Shown in pieces: positions 28,312 through 38,344 of a stretch of DNA of 64,000 bases (its first letter is position 1; each line of letters begins with the position of its first letter). The notes under the pieces were generated by a model. The model saw only the letters and a list, made by a program, of their open reading frames with translations. It searched no databases and was not told where the DNA came from. A program made the translations under genes and the position numbers. This DNA comes from a phage: assembly GCA_012455605.1 (NCBI GenBank), contig GCA_012455605.1_3618.1. The stretch is one strand, 5' to 3'.

Positions 28312-28919
28312 TCTTCTTGGGCCTCTTTAGCATCAATATACTTGCACACAATCTCCGATGCACACTCCCAAGGTGCACCTTCAGGGTTTACAACATCAAA
28401 CTCAACCCCTTTTATTCCGTTCTTTTCCAGACTTAGATAGGTTCTGGAATCATTTCCCCAGTCATATCCTGCACGGTGAATACGGAACAACAACAGATCT
28501 CCACCTGTGCTGTATGCGTACTCGCTAAGGCATGCCAGCTCCTCTTTGAATCCCCCATCGGAGTAAACAATAACCCCTTTACCTTCAGGGAAATCTTTCT
28601 TCAAAGATGCGACTGCGGCTTTACCGAAAGCATCTTCACCAAAGATAGGTTTAATCAGATTTTCACTACAATGGATCATCCATTCTCGCGGAGAAACATG
28701 CTTGCCGTCTATCATTAAGAAAGGGCAAGGCTCTTCTTTGTAGTGGCGGTCATAAAGTGCATTCCAGAGTTGAGGAGTTACACCAGCTGCCTTAATTGCC
28801 ACACTGAAGAGCATTTCCTTAACCTCACGGTGGTGTGAGTTAGGAATAGCTTCCAACAAGAGATCTGCAATGTGATCCTTACCACTGCTGGGTGGGGCGT
28901 TAAGAACAATAATATCCAT
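28305..28919 (-). CDS. P-loop nucleotide kinase (dNMP kinase-like)
   Basis: MDIIVLNAPPSSGKDH Walker A at the N-terminus, like T4 gp1 ...GVKRSGKDT as recalled. Confidence 0.45.
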   Translation of the reverse strand: MDIIVLNAPPSSGKDHIADLLLEAIPNSHHREVKEMLFSVAIKAAGVTPQLWNALYDRHYKEEPCPFLMIDGKHVSPREWMIHCSENLIKPIFGEDAFGKAAVASLKKDFPEGKGVIVYSDGGFKEELACLSEYAYSTGGDLLLFRIHRAGYDWGNDSRTYLSLEKNGIKGVEFDVVNPEGAPWECASEIVCKYIDAKEAQEEC

Positions 28920-29122
28920 TAAAAACCTCCGTGGTATTCTTCAACTGCATCAATAATACTTTTACACTTATCTACCAGCTCGTTAGCCACTACAGCATCG
29001 TCTTCCCAAACAGCCTCCTCAATCTGATCAAGCAATGATCGCATCTTACTCATCATTTCTGGGATAAAGTTTTCTGAAAAGCTGTCTGGAATTGTTAACT
29101 CTAGTGTCATTTCGGTCTCCAA
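28919..29122 (-). CDS. hypothetical acidic protein (67 aa)
   Basis: ORF. Confidence 0.35.
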   Translation of the reverse strand: METEMTLELTIPDSFSENFIPEMMSKMRSLLDQIEEAVWEDDAVVANELVDKCKSIIDAVEEYHGGF

Positions 29123-29137
29123 TCATACTATGCGTTA

Positions 29138-29596
29138 TTAGAAGTTTGTTTTTACACGTCCCTTCTCATCAACCTCGTTGTTAGCTAAAAGCGTTACAAA
29201 GTCTGTGAAACGAACATGAAGAACCCTTTTCTTATCAAGGTATCCTAAAGCCACCCCTGAGAAATTTAGCATCAAAGGGGCTAAAGAAGCTCTGGCACTG
29301 AAATGCTGTTGTTCTACCCTTCCAACACCCTTAGTGTAGGATGGGTTAAGATTGTAAGTTCTGAATCCCAGTTTTGTTGGAGCTTTAGAATTAAAAACGA
29401 CTTTATAGCGTTTCTTACTCAACTTATGCTCCAGGATAAGCATTCCCTTATCACCTTTGATAAGTTGAAAATCTGTAAAGTGCTCTTTTAAGACGAAAGG
29501 TAGTGCCAGTCCCATCGCCTGTCCTCTTTGTACCGCTGTCTCACCAAAAGCTTTTGCATCAGTAAGTTCTTTGGTCAAGTCTATGCTTTTGATCAT
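29138..29596 (-). CDS. hypothetical protein (152 aa)
   Basis: ORF. Confidence 0.4.
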   Translation of the reverse strand: MIKSIDLTKELTDAKAFGETAVQRGQAMGLALPFVLKEHFTDFQLIKGDKGMLILEHKLSKKRYKVVFNSKAPTKLGFRTYNLNPSYTKGVGRVEQQHFSARASLAPLMLNFSGVALGYLDKKRVLHVRFTDFVTLLANNEVDEKGRVKTNF

Positions 29597-30407
29597 ACCT
29601 GGTCTCCAAAATGTATTGTAGTTCTTTCTTACCTATACTCTTCATTCCAGCAGTCTTACCTGCTTCTTCTTGAAAAGAAGAATAGCATTCAGCAAACACT
29701 CTGTCAACACCGTTAACTAAAGATTTTATGAAATATGTTGATTCTTCAGATTTTGGGTCATCATCCCCCAATACTTTTCCAGCATTATACCCAACACGTC
29801 TTACACAGAAGTCGTAGTCATCTGGTGTGCTAAAAGAAAATAACTTATTCTCTCCAATCTCTACAGGATCCCTATTGCACGCCTTTTTCTCCCAAATTTG
29901 GAAAACACATGGCACGTCATAAGGTTTGCCATTAAGTAAAAACGAATTCTTAGGGCACCTTTCGCTGTAGACAAGGTGCATCGACATGTCCAGTTTGTTT
30001 GCAAAAAATATTTTTTCAAATGTCCGTGGCAAGATGAAGGCTATAGCCCCTCCAAGCTCTAGCAATGATGCACAATGGTTAAAGAATTTGCAAGCTAAGG
30101 ATGAATTCTTGCCAAATGGTGGGTTACCTATGAAGACATCTGCCTTGGGATGCACCTCCAAGAAGTTTGCCTGAATGCACGGTGTTGGTCCTTCAAATTC
30201 AGGATCTGGTACTAAATCGTACGACAGTATCTCTGAAAATAGTTTTGAAAAAGAACCCCTTCCAGCAGAAGGCTCAACGTATGCACAATTCCCATACTTA
30301 TCTTTTACTTTACCAACAAGATATTCTGCATACTCAGGGTTTGTGTAGTATTTGTCGTTGGACTCTTTCTTGCTCAAAGTGCCTCCAAAAGGAAAAGGGA
30401 GGCGCAA
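29559..30407 (-). CDS. DNA N6-adenine methyltransferase
   Basis: VEPSAGRGSF (SAM binding) then FIGNPPFG (NPPF catalytic motif). Confidence 0.65.
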   Translation of the reverse strand: MRLPFPFGGTLSKKESNDKYYTNPEYAEYLVGKVKDKYGNCAYVEPSAGRGSFSKLFSEILSYDLVPDPEFEGPTPCIQANFLEVHPKADVFIGNPPFGKNSSLACKFFNHCASLLELGGAIAFILPRTFEKIFFANKLDMSMHLVYSERCPKNSFLLNGKPYDVPCVFQIWEKKACNRDPVEIGENKLFSFSTPDDYDFCVRRVGYNAGKVLGDDDPKSEESTYFIKSLVNGVDRVFAECYSSFQEEAGKTAGMKSIGKKELQYILETRYDQKHRLDQRTY

Positions 30408-30422
30408 GCCTCCCTATAATTG

Positions 30423-31406
30423 TTAGATTATCTGAATCAGGGTATTTTTCATTTCTTCTCTGGTGCGGATGTTGTTACGGTCACGAACAACAGATCCACA
30501 ACCTTCGCAGCGGTATGTTTTAAATGCACTCAGTTGAGTATATGCCAAAGCTTCTTCCTCGTGAAGGTGTTCTCCACCACATCGTGGGCAACGAACCTTT
30601 GGCTCCTCGTCCTGGTAGTACAATGACATGTTTGGGTGCTGCTTAGCAAACGGGCGAGCCAGCAAATACAGTCCTTCCAGAGACAGGATATCACCAACAT
30701 TATACTCCCGCATCTGTTTAAATGCCTCAAGATCGCCATGGACACACTTGATCCACATTTCAAATGTGTGATCAATCAGTTTCTGTCGGGCCAGTTGGAA
30801 GTATTTGCATGCATACTCCAAAGTGTTTGCATTCAAACGGAATGCCTTCTTGATCATTTTAAGGGTGTCAACCTCTTTGTAGGGGCTTGTTGGAGGCAAC
30901 CCGTGAAATGCAAATCGTTGGTTGGCCCACCCGCAGTCAAAACCTGAATTGTGGGCTACTGCGACATCGCATTTATCCAGATAATACCACAAATCCTGAA
31001 TCAATTCGAGATCATTGTGAATATCCTCATCCCACATTTTGTAATCGGGAAGAGCGCAGTCAACCACACTAGGGCTGTCTAACCACTTACCTGCGAAAGT
31101 TAGCATATAAGGCATAACTTCAATACCACAGGTTTGAATGTTGGTCTTATAGTGCCCAAAGAACCAGCCGTTTGTTGGGGATGTCTCTGTATCATACACC
31201 CAAACTTTAGCGCCTTTGTGCTCTTCAAGGAAGCGCTCCGTTGCTTCTCCTACAATCTCTGACATATTCTCTTGTGCACGTTTAAGCTGTAGTCGGATCC
31301 AGCTCTCACGTGACTCACGACCTAAAAATTCACGAGCAATTTGTCTATTAGTGTATCCCTGTTGCTTTAGTGTTAAAATTTGCTCAAGAGTTAACTTTGT
31401 CATCAT
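30423..31406 (-). CDS. DEDD-type 3-prime to 5-prime exonuclease with N-terminal HTH and C-terminal zinc ribbon
   Basis: VWVYDTETSP, VAHNSGFDCGW and YNVGDILSLEG match Exo I/II/III motifs; C-terminal CPRCGG...CEGCG. Confidence 0.6.
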   Translation of the reverse strand: MMTKLTLEQILTLKQQGYTNRQIAREFLGRESRESWIRLQLKRAQENMSEIVGEATERFLEEHKGAKVWVYDTETSPTNGWFFGHYKTNIQTCGIEVMPYMLTFAGKWLDSPSVVDCALPDYKMWDEDIHNDLELIQDLWYYLDKCDVAVAHNSGFDCGWANQRFAFHGLPPTSPYKEVDTLKMIKKAFRLNANTLEYACKYFQLARQKLIDHTFEMWIKCVHGDLEAFKQMREYNVGDILSLEGLYLLARPFAKQHPNMSLYYQDEEPKVRCPRCGGEHLHEEEALAYTQLSAFKTYRCEGCGSVVRDRNNIRTREEMKNTLIQII

Positions 31407-31418
31407 CGTTAAGATTCC

Positions 31419-31640
31419 TTAGTAAAACTGAAGAATGTCTTTTAAAGCGAAGTCACGATATTCGCCCTTGTCTACATCGAAGGCACGCATCAACCACTGC
31501 TCTTCTTTATGATACTCTGTAGAACCAAACCATAAATTAGGCTCAGTAACGCAGCGATCTGCAACAACACCTTTCCAGTTACGGTATTTCATCCTGATCA
31601 GGACCGAGTCGCAAGGATTGAATACCTTTTTCATCCCCAT
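31419..31640 (-). CDS. hypothetical protein (73 aa)
   Basis: ORF; overlaps the downstream gene, start uncertain. Confidence 0.3.
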   Translation of the reverse strand: MGMKKVFNPCDSVLIRMKYRNWKGVVADRCVTEPNLWFGSTEYHKEEQWLMRAFDVDKGEYRDFALKDILQFY

Positions 31641-32184
31641 AGAAATCTCTCTCCTCAGTTTTCTTTATAAACTCCTGCATGTAGAACTCAATAGCCTCAT
31701 GCTTGGTGCACTCCGGATCAATGACAAGATTGAGATCTGATTCTGCTCGTGCAATAATCGTAGCTTTAGAGCATCGCCTCAAGAACTTTGTCATATCATC
31801 TCTGTAGTTTTTGTGGAGCGGGAAGTCGCTGTAGTCTTTCTCCAAATAGTCAGCAATCCGGCGCAACGCCTCTGATAAACTGCAATCTGTATACTCGTTA
31901 CAGTATTTCATCCAGTATTTAAGCACATACCCCTCAAAGGTATTAGTGCATTGAGACAAAACACCCCTGCAACGACCAGTCAGATGATCATGATCTAAAC
32001 AAGGCTTACGAAGTGGCTCGCACAAGATCGGATCAAGACCATCCTGCTCCTCTGACAATTCTTTTCGAAAGTTGGCTATGTCCTTAGAATCTTTTAACCA
32101 CCCGTTATGAACTGGGGCTTTGACAGCTTTCTTTCTTATTTTACGCTTTGCGATAATCCCTCCAGATGAGCCCTGCCTATCCAA
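31579..32184 (-). CDS. endonuclease VII-like junction resolvase
   Basis: CEPLRKPCLDHDHLTGRCRGVLSQC matches the T4 endonuclease VII zinc/DHDH motif. Confidence 0.6.
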   Translation of the reverse strand: MDRQGSSGGIIAKRKIRKKAVKAPVHNGWLKDSKDIANFRKELSEEQDGLDPILCEPLRKPCLDHDHLTGRCRGVLSQCTNTFEGYVLKYWMKYCNEYTDCSLSEALRRIADYLEKDYSDFPLHKNYRDDMTKFLRRCSKATIIARAESDLNLVIDPECTKHEAIEFYMQEFIKKTEERDFYGDEKGIQSLRLGPDQDEIP

Positions 32185-32765
32185 TAAGCATCTGCGAGAT
32201 CGGCCTTACCTTGTACCAAATTGATCCCGTCTAGGAACCCAGGTTCAGATACTTCGCAGGCCTTAACCATCAACTTTTTATCCATTGTAACAGGTTTCTT
32301 CACAGTATGCTCTTTACCTGTCTTTTTGTCAAGCTTTTTCTTCTCCTCAAAAGCAAGTTCTTCAGGAAGATGACTACGAGCAAACTTTTTGGCAGTTGTT
32401 GGTGTCACTGTGTGGACCTTAAACAGGCCGTCATTTTCACAATCAGCTAAGGCATCCCAAAGCATAATTTCAAGACCGTAAAACAACCCAGCCAGTTCAC
32501 GTGTGGCATCCCCGCGTGATCCAAAGGAAAGCCCTTCCATAACCACGGTGTCAACGTGATGCGTGTGGATATAATATCTGACCTGTTTGCAGATCCAGTC
32601 AATACGCTCAGCAGCTGTTGCAAAAGAAACCGTCCCTGGTTTCTTCTCTTTTGCAGATGAGCTTTGAGTTCGTAACACAACCTTATGAACAGGCTTTCCA
32701 TCGTCCCATACAACGCAAGCTGTGTGTGTCAACGACTGGTCTATGGATAATAGACGCTCTCTCAT
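32136..32765 (-). CDS. RuvC-like Holliday junction resolvase (tentative)
   Basis: SIDQSLTHTACVVWDDG RuvC-like N-terminus, MEGLSF, C-terminal ADAYWIG. Confidence 0.45.
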   Translation of the reverse strand: MRERLLSIDQSLTHTACVVWDDGKPVHKVVLRTQSSSAKEKKPGTVSFATAAERIDWICKQVRYYIHTHHVDTVVMEGLSFGSRGDATRELAGLFYGLEIMLWDALADCENDGLFKVHTVTPTTAKKFARSHLPEELAFEEKKKLDKKTGKEHTVKKPVTMDKKLMVKACEVSEPGFLDGINLVQGKADLADAYWIGRAHLEGLSQSVK

Positions 32766-33097
32766 GCTTCCTCATCCTCCTCTCCTTCATCAGGAGCATA
32801 AGCCTTATCTTTGAACAAGACGAGAGAGCAAAGCTTAACATCTGTTTCCACACTGGTGAACATGCATAACCGCTCGCCCTCAATCAACTCACAATCCTCT
32901 TTTAAAACAGCAGACCATACACGGTCATCTGCGTAATCATCTGTGTACAGGATGTATGAAATAGTGTCATCTTCATACAACCGCCACATACCTGTGGCAA
33001 CAATAAATGTATTTTTTGTTTTAATGGTCCCTGTTGTATGATCATCCTCAAAAACAGCTTCCATAATTGCACTATCTACAGAATTTTTAGTCATCAA
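32762..33097 (-). CDS. hypothetical acidic protein (111 aa)
   Basis: ORF. Confidence 0.4.
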   Translation of the reverse strand: MMTKNSVDSAIMEAVFEDDHTTGTIKTKNTFIVATGMWRLYEDDTISYILYTDDYADDRVWSAVLKEDCELIEGERLCMFTSVETDVKLCSLVLFKDKAYAPDEGEEDEEA

Positions 33098-34233
33098 ATT
33101 GCTCCAACATTTCTAAGAACGTTAACAAGTTTTGTTTGATCATTGAATGTTCGCTTCATATACAAACAGTCAAAAATTATACTCATCCATTGACCTACGG
33201 AAATTCTACGATCAACACCATTGAAGTCAGTATACTTAACAACACCTTTCGGGAACCACTTCTTGTACTGATCAATAATAGCCACCCACATCTCCTTTGG
33301 AGTGCTGCACTGAGACAGTAGGTAGAATGCTGAGGCATCCCCGAACTTACCCTTACCGATAAGTCCTTGATACGGCTTGATGTTGTCAGCAGAGTCACCA
33401 CACAGCATTTGGTATCCGAAGAACAGCATTCCGTAACCACCAACCTCTCCATTAGGCTTCATGAAGATGTTACCCATACCGTTATCGATCAGCATAGGGG
33501 TTTCCCTTACAAAATCTCCCTTATCGTTTCGCATGGGATCGAACACAAGCCCCGGTAGTGTTCTTTGGTCCTTATCAATAGAGATAATAAACTTGTTGAA
33601 CTTACCTGTTTTTTGGTAGTGGTTCCAACCTTCAAATTGCTGGATAGCTAACCAGTCATCAGCCTCTATACCGTTGATCACTTGAGCATTATACTGCTTT
33701 TGGAGATACTGTCTTGCATCTCCAAGCAGCAGTGGTCGAAGAGTATTGTTACGGTTGGCTTTATATCTTTCCGGCATGGGAAGATCTAGTCTGAAATTAC
33801 CTGTGCCCCCAAGTACCCCCACGCACCGATCTTCCGGAATACCGAGATAATTAAGGACTGCATTAGCTTTACACTTAATTGTGTGCAAGCAGTTCTCTAC
33901 AGGATCAGGGGTTTGGATATCCAAGACATCGAAATCTTCCCGTGTCCACGGAATAAACTCCTTGCCAGCCTTTTTACATGCAGCTTCACGGTTGGTATTC
34001 TCAGCTTTTAACCAACCACCAACGGTGTTCTTCTGCCGCCCCCAGAACTCTGTTCGTGTTTTAAACATCTTCTTACGTCCGGAGGCTTTGTGTGTTACCT
34101 CAATTGTCCTTTTTTCACAACTTGCTGCAGCTTGATATGCAACCTGATCGAAGTCATAATAAACTATAGCGTCAGGTTCAAGAAGATCAGCCAGACAATC
34201 TATGGACTCAATAAGTGGATATTCTCTACTCAA
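33094..34233 (-). CDS. 5-prime to 3-prime exonuclease / flap endonuclease-like (tentative)
   Basis: YKANR and GDSADNIKP resemble FEN/RNase H family motifs. Confidence 0.5.
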   Translation of the reverse strand: MSREYPLIESIDCLADLLEPDAIVYYDFDQVAYQAAASCEKRTIEVTHKASGRKKMFKTRTEFWGRQKNTVGGWLKAENTNREAACKKAGKEFIPWTREDFDVLDIQTPDPVENCLHTIKCKANAVLNYLGIPEDRCVGVLGGTGNFRLDLPMPERYKANRNNTLRPLLLGDARQYLQKQYNAQVINGIEADDWLAIQQFEGWNHYQKTGKFNKFIISIDKDQRTLPGLVFDPMRNDKGDFVRETPMLIDNGMGNIFMKPNGEVGGYGMLFFGYQMLCGDSADNIKPYQGLIGKGKFGDASAFYLLSQCSTPKEMWVAIIDQYKKWFPKGVVKYTDFNGVDRRISVGQWMSIIFDCLYMKRTFNDQTKLVNVLRNVGAI

Positions 34234-34534
34234 AGACCCTCCTGTTAGTTATTCTGCAAGATGGTTGGATGCTGTAATGGAATGCATCATCACTTTCTGC
34301 AATAAGTGACTCAACATCCCAATACTTTTCAAAAAGGAACGGATTAGAACCCCAGTGATGAGTTATTTTCATCAAGGAGTCTGGTATCAGATAACCAGAG
34401 ATCTTAACTACATCGCCAGGTTGAATTGTGTTTTCATGAAGGTTGCTTGCCTTCTTCAGGATCATACCTTTATGATTCTCGTTTGCATACAACTGGACAA
34501 TATCTTTATCTTCAACAATAAAAATTTTAAGCAT
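34226..34534 (-). CDS. hypothetical protein (102 aa)
   Basis: ORF. Confidence 0.4.
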   Translation of the reverse strand: MLKIFIVEDKDIVQLYANENHKGMILKKASNLHENTIQPGDVVKISGYLIPDSLMKITHHWGSNPFLFEKYWDVESLIAESDDAFHYSIQPSCRITNRRVFE

Positions 34535-34593
34535 ATCTAGTTCTCCTGGTTTATAAATATCTGAACGATAATATCAGATTAATAACACTTTTG

Positions 34594-34887
34594 TCAAGAC
34601 TTTTTAGTCTTTCTTGGAGAGCTTTTTGTTGATCTTTTCCTTTTGTGGTAGATTCCAAGTGCAGCGTTTTCTTGGGCGCACGTTTTAACAGTTCTCAGAC
34701 AAGAACTTTCAGCTTTAGGCAGGTTTAACTCCCACCAACCAAGCCAGTAAAGTTCTGATTCAGACAACTGCTCAGATTCAGCCTTCCGATACAAGGCTTG
34801 CATACCTCTGATGATATCGTCCAGAGGTGTATCGAATACAAAAGCTGTCTTATCGAATTTCTCTTTTACAGGTCTCTTAGCCATCAA
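34594..34887 (-). CDS. hypothetical basic protein (97 aa)
   Basis: ORF. Confidence 0.35.
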   Translation of the reverse strand: MMAKRPVKEKFDKTAFVFDTPLDDIIRGMQALYRKAESEQLSESELYWLGWWELNLPKAESSCLRTVKTCAQENAALGIYHKRKRSTKSSPRKTKKS

Positions 34888-35392
34888 GGTAACCCTCTAT
34901 CCACGAAAAGTCAGTCTTCCATTCTGGAACTTTACTAAGCTCACGCCACTCTGCAAAGCAGTCTCGGTAATACGCCTCTGCCATACCTTTAGTGATCTTA
35001 TTCACCTTAGCCAACTGATTAACTGCCTGAGCATACTTTCCACGGATATTTGCTAACCCAGGATGCACCGATGTGTGACAATCTGGGCATAATGCTATCA
35101 GTCCGACAAGCCGGATCACTCCCTCTTCGAAAGTGTAAAGTTCATGACACTCCACTGGGTGTTTGCTGCCTTTACCGCCGCACACCTCACAGGTGTAGTT
35201 GGCTTCTCTATAGCACTTCTTGCGGATCTTATCCCACTCACTCTTCTTCACAGCGTTTCGGAGGTTATTATACCAAGCTGTTTCTGGGATCAGTTGCACA
35301 ATAAGCCTTCGTTCAGACTTCATTAAACGTCCGTCTTCCACGTGTTCTCCCTCATTCAAAGAAATGGGTGCGAGGGCAGGAACCTGCCTCAC
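34877..35392 (-). CDS. HNH/zinc-finger nuclease-like protein (tentative)
   Basis: CEVCGG...HPVECHE...CPDCH cysteine/histidine pattern. Confidence 0.4.
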   Translation of the reverse strand: MRQVPALAPISLNEGEHVEDGRLMKSERRLIVQLIPETAWYNNLRNAVKKSEWDKIRKKCYREANYTCEVCGGKGSKHPVECHELYTFEEGVIRLVGLIALCPDCHTSVHPGLANIRGKYAQAVNQLAKVNKITKGMAEAYYRDCFAEWRELSKVPEWKTDFSWIEGYLDG

Positions 35393-35558
35393 CTTGTTTC
35401 ACAAGCTCGTAGAGCTCACCTTGGCTTGTCTCATAAAGGCAAATACGTTTACCATTGTCACGATATACATCGACAATATACGCTGTTTCACCTGCAAACA
35501 CGACACCACAGGCCAGACATGCCGCCATGAACAAAATTGCCAACAGAAAATCTTTCAT
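35352..35558 (-). CDS. small putative lipoprotein (68 aa)
   Basis: signal peptide with lipobox-like FMAACLACG. Confidence 0.35.
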   Translation of the reverse strand: MKDFLLAILFMAACLACGVVFAGETAYIVDVYRDNGKRICLYETSQGELYELVKQGEAGSCPRTHFFE

Positions 35559-35621
35559 GGTTAAACCCCCTCAAACATTTTATGAGGTAACAATACCACG
35601 TCCGTGTGGTTATGTCAATGA

Positions 35622-36383
35622 TCAATCCTCAACACAAGGTCTTGGATAGCCTCTGGATAACTTCCACTCAGTTAGTGACATCCCTCCGTAGAGACAGTTT
35701 ACTTCCCAAGACTTTCTTGCACAAACTGCCTCCCACCACGGATTTAGCCACTTCCTGTCGTTGAAGCATCTTAAGTTTCTTCCTTTGTTATCTCGTGCCC
35801 TCCAACAGGTATCTTTCTTAGACCAATCAATACCTGGCAGGATATTATTCTTGTGCGGGTTTGGAACTATCTTTAAAGCCTCTTCCGGGTTGGCTATTGA
35901 CCATTCAACCCTAGACTTAGCCTCTTCGAAAGTGTCAAAATCTCCCAACCTAACATTTACCCTATTTATCCTTCTACTTGCCCTCCACTTACCCTCTCTT
36001 TTCAGCCATACCACACCAGTCACTGTAGAGGTGTTATTGCTTTGCACATTTTCCAAGGCTCTCTTACAGTAGTTATCCCAAGGCTTCAACATTTGAAGGT
36101 TTTCTATCTTGTCTACAGGCACTCCGTTAGTAGAATTTTTCTTAGAGACGATATGATCGATATGCCAAGTATCTGTGACACATCCGTAAAACATGTCAAA
36201 AATTTCCCTATGTCTGCCACGTTTAACATTTGTCAGCTTATTGTACACTTGGAAATATCCAGTCTTTTTGTTGTAGTGTCCAGCCCTATTTCCATTCCTA
36301 CTGTAGCCAGGTTTCCAAAAGATTAGATCACCATCCTTGTACCAATAAGGATAGTAATCATTAAAAAAGAAATGTATCTTCAT
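35622..36383 (-). CDS. HNH homing endonuclease with AP2-like DNA-binding domain
   Basis: HIDHIVSKKNSTNG HNH motif plus WRASRRINRVNVRLGDFDTFEEA AP2-like segment. Confidence 0.65.
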   Translation of the reverse strand: MKIHFFFNDYYPYWYKDGDLIFWKPGYSRNGNRAGHYNKKTGYFQVYNKLTNVKRGRHREIFDMFYGCVTDTWHIDHIVSKKNSTNGVPVDKIENLQMLKPWDNYCKRALENVQSNNTSTVTGVVWLKREGKWRASRRINRVNVRLGDFDTFEEAKSRVEWSIANPEEALKIVPNPHKNNILPGIDWSKKDTCWRARDNKGRNLRCFNDRKWLNPWWEAVCARKSWEVNCLYGGMSLTEWKLSRGYPRPCVED

Positions 36384-36437
36384 ATCTCAACACACCTCTG
36401 GTGTAGAAAGGTAGGCGAGTGGCCTACCTTTTGATCA

Positions 36438-36935
36438 TTAATCCAGAACAACACCTCCAAACTCTACAAATTTCTTAAGCAACTTGTCAATGGTTTTTGG
36501 ATTTTGGTCGTACTGGTTGTATGGGAACGAAGCCCAAATATTTGAGGTCTTACGTATAGCAGATTTAATATGACCGTTATCTATGTCTTCAAGTGCTTTA
36601 CGTTCCCTGATCAACTGGATTGCCCACTTATCCTGGCTATCTGGTCCAAAATCCGGCAACTTAAGCTGTTTTTTGTAGTGTTCCCAGTATTTGACAAGAA
36701 ATTGATATTTACCGCAGGCTGTAGTTCTTTGCCCTTTTGAGTTAAACACTTTACCAGGGCGACCGTTTGCAAAAGGGTGCGTAGAAAAATCTGTAAAGAT
36801 TTCAGGTTTTCCGTCCATCCCGTATGCTACAACATCGTATCCTCCACATTTGGTGGCAGGGTGGGTTGTTGTTCCCTCTGCCCAGCCAATAAGATCCAAG
36901 AAAGCTTTTCGTTGAATATTTTTATCAAGTTTCAT
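36438..36935 (-). CDS. endolysin, lambda R-type lytic transglycosylase
   Basis: NIQRKAFLDLIGWAEGT, CGKYQF and IWASFP align with lambda R (NNQRKAFLDMLAWSEGT, AGRYQ, IWASLP) as recalled. Confidence 0.85.
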   Translation of the reverse strand: MKLDKNIQRKAFLDLIGWAEGTTTHPATKCGGYDVVAYGMDGKPEIFTDFSTHPFANGRPGKVFNSKGQRTTACGKYQFLVKYWEHYKKQLKLPDFGPDSQDKWAIQLIRERKALEDIDNGHIKSAIRKTSNIWASFPYNQYDQNPKTIDKLLKKFVEFGGVVLD

Positions 36936-37060
36936 TTTTCATACTCTCCAGTTTACTCATAACTAACCCGATCAACAACACTGCATAGTGTGGTTATGTA
37001 GGTGCCAATTGAAAAAACCTTCATTCAATTGGCTACCGTTACCTACTAAACCTTCCTACA

Positions 37061-38344
37061 TCATTCCAGAACCTCCCAAGTATCTGGGTTAACATTTCGG
37101 ACGCAGATACCGACAGGGAATTGGTAGTTGTTGTCTTCTGTCCTTGCTTGATATTTGAAGGTGACAAACTTGCCGATCATTTCCTGCATCCTGTCATAGC
37201 TACGCTCCTCGTGCGTGCCTTTCATCTTCATTTTAACAACAACACCTTCCTTGTCAACACAGATAAGAACACCTTCATCATTCTTATCTTTCTCAACGTC
37301 AATAACTTTCACCTCTGCGTCGTTGAACTTTTTCCATTTCAATGCTTCAGATGTTCGCTGACCATACTCATATTTACCACAGAAGTTACGCATAATGGTA
37401 CCTTCATATCCTTCAGACATAAATATACCAACAGACTCTTCGCACCGATCAACCGTATATGCAAGCTCTGCGTCAACAACCTTGATATGGTCAAGCATCA
37501 GAGTGGTAACGGTATCCTCTGCATCCATAAGATCCTTGCAGCGTCCAGACTCTGTTTCTGGATCCCACCACACCTTGTCGCTAGGAATATCAAAAATGTG
37601 GTACTCCAGATCGTAGCTACAGTACCCACCGTAACGCAAATCATCACGAACAGGCTCAACATCGACAGGAATATCTACCTTGTTGAAGTTTTTGTATGTT
37701 GATAAGCCTGCCTTAATTGCGGCATGACGGCGTTTTTTATCTGCCTCATAGTCTTTATCGATCTCGGCCTGAATCTCTTCCTGTGTGCGCCACCGTTTAG
37801 CAAGAGACACTATTTTCTGCAAAGGAAGACCATGAATGTATAGTTCCCCATCAAGTTGTTTAATCCCAGTGGTAGAATGGAAAGAACGAAGTTGCTCTAA
37901 AAGCTTTCCTTGAATAGGGTAGGACTTATTACCACGGGAAATAAATTTAGGCTCACCATTTTGGAAAACAACAAGCAGACGAAGGCCATCTAACTTACGC
38001 AAGATCCAGCAAGGTAATTTAAGTGCCTTGCCACGCTTCAGATAGTCATGCACCAGCATGGGTAAAAGGTCAACACCCTGCTCGCAATCTTCCATGTTTT
38101 CAACATACCCCAGACGGACTTGTTTTTCCCACTTGCTGATAGCCTCAAGCTCGGCCTGTTGCTCAGCTGTAGTCTCATTGGCACGACCTACGTTCTTAGG
38201 TGTGCATACCGTCTCTTTGTACTGCAATTTACCGTCAAGCTTGCCAAACTCTACGATAACCTTTTCGCCATCAGTGAATACTTTCCACTGTTGGTAGCTG
38301 CCATCTTTGTTCAGTGCGTACAGTGTTGTTTTGATTTGATGCAT
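37061..38344 (-). CDS. ATP-dependent DNA ligase (nucleotidyltransferase superfamily)
   Basis: motif I KLDG (ILRKLDGLR), DGELY, EGTIMR, KWKKF. Confidence 0.6.
   Translation of the reverse strand: MHQIKTTLYALNKDGSYQQWKVFTDGEKVIVEFGKLDGKLQYKETVCTPKNVGRANETTAEQQAELEAISKWEKQVRLGYVENMEDCEQGVDLLPMLVHDYLKRGKALKLPCWILRKLDGLRLLVVFQNGEPKFISRGNKSYPIQGKLLEQLRSFHSTTGIKQLDGELYIHGLPLQKIVSLAKRWRTQEEIQAEIDKDYEADKKRRHAAIKAGLSTYKNFNKVDIPVDVEPVRDDLRYGGYCSYDLEYHIFDIPSDKVWWDPETESGRCKDLMDAEDTVTTLMLDHIKVVDAELAYTVDRCEESVGIFMSEGYEGTIMRNFCGKYEYGQRTSEALKWKKFNDAEVKVIDVEKDKNDEGVLICVDKEGVVVKMKMKGTHEERSYDRMQEMIGKFVTFKYQARTEDNNYQFPVGICVRNVNPDTWEVLE

Noticed and set aside
37121-37702. 193 aa plus-strand ORF inside the minus-strand DNA ligase gene
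   Set aside because: Antisense to a gene with clear ligase motifs; no RBS; low-complexity translation. Likewise the plus-strand ORFs overlapping nrdD, nrdA, phoH and other minus-strand genes.
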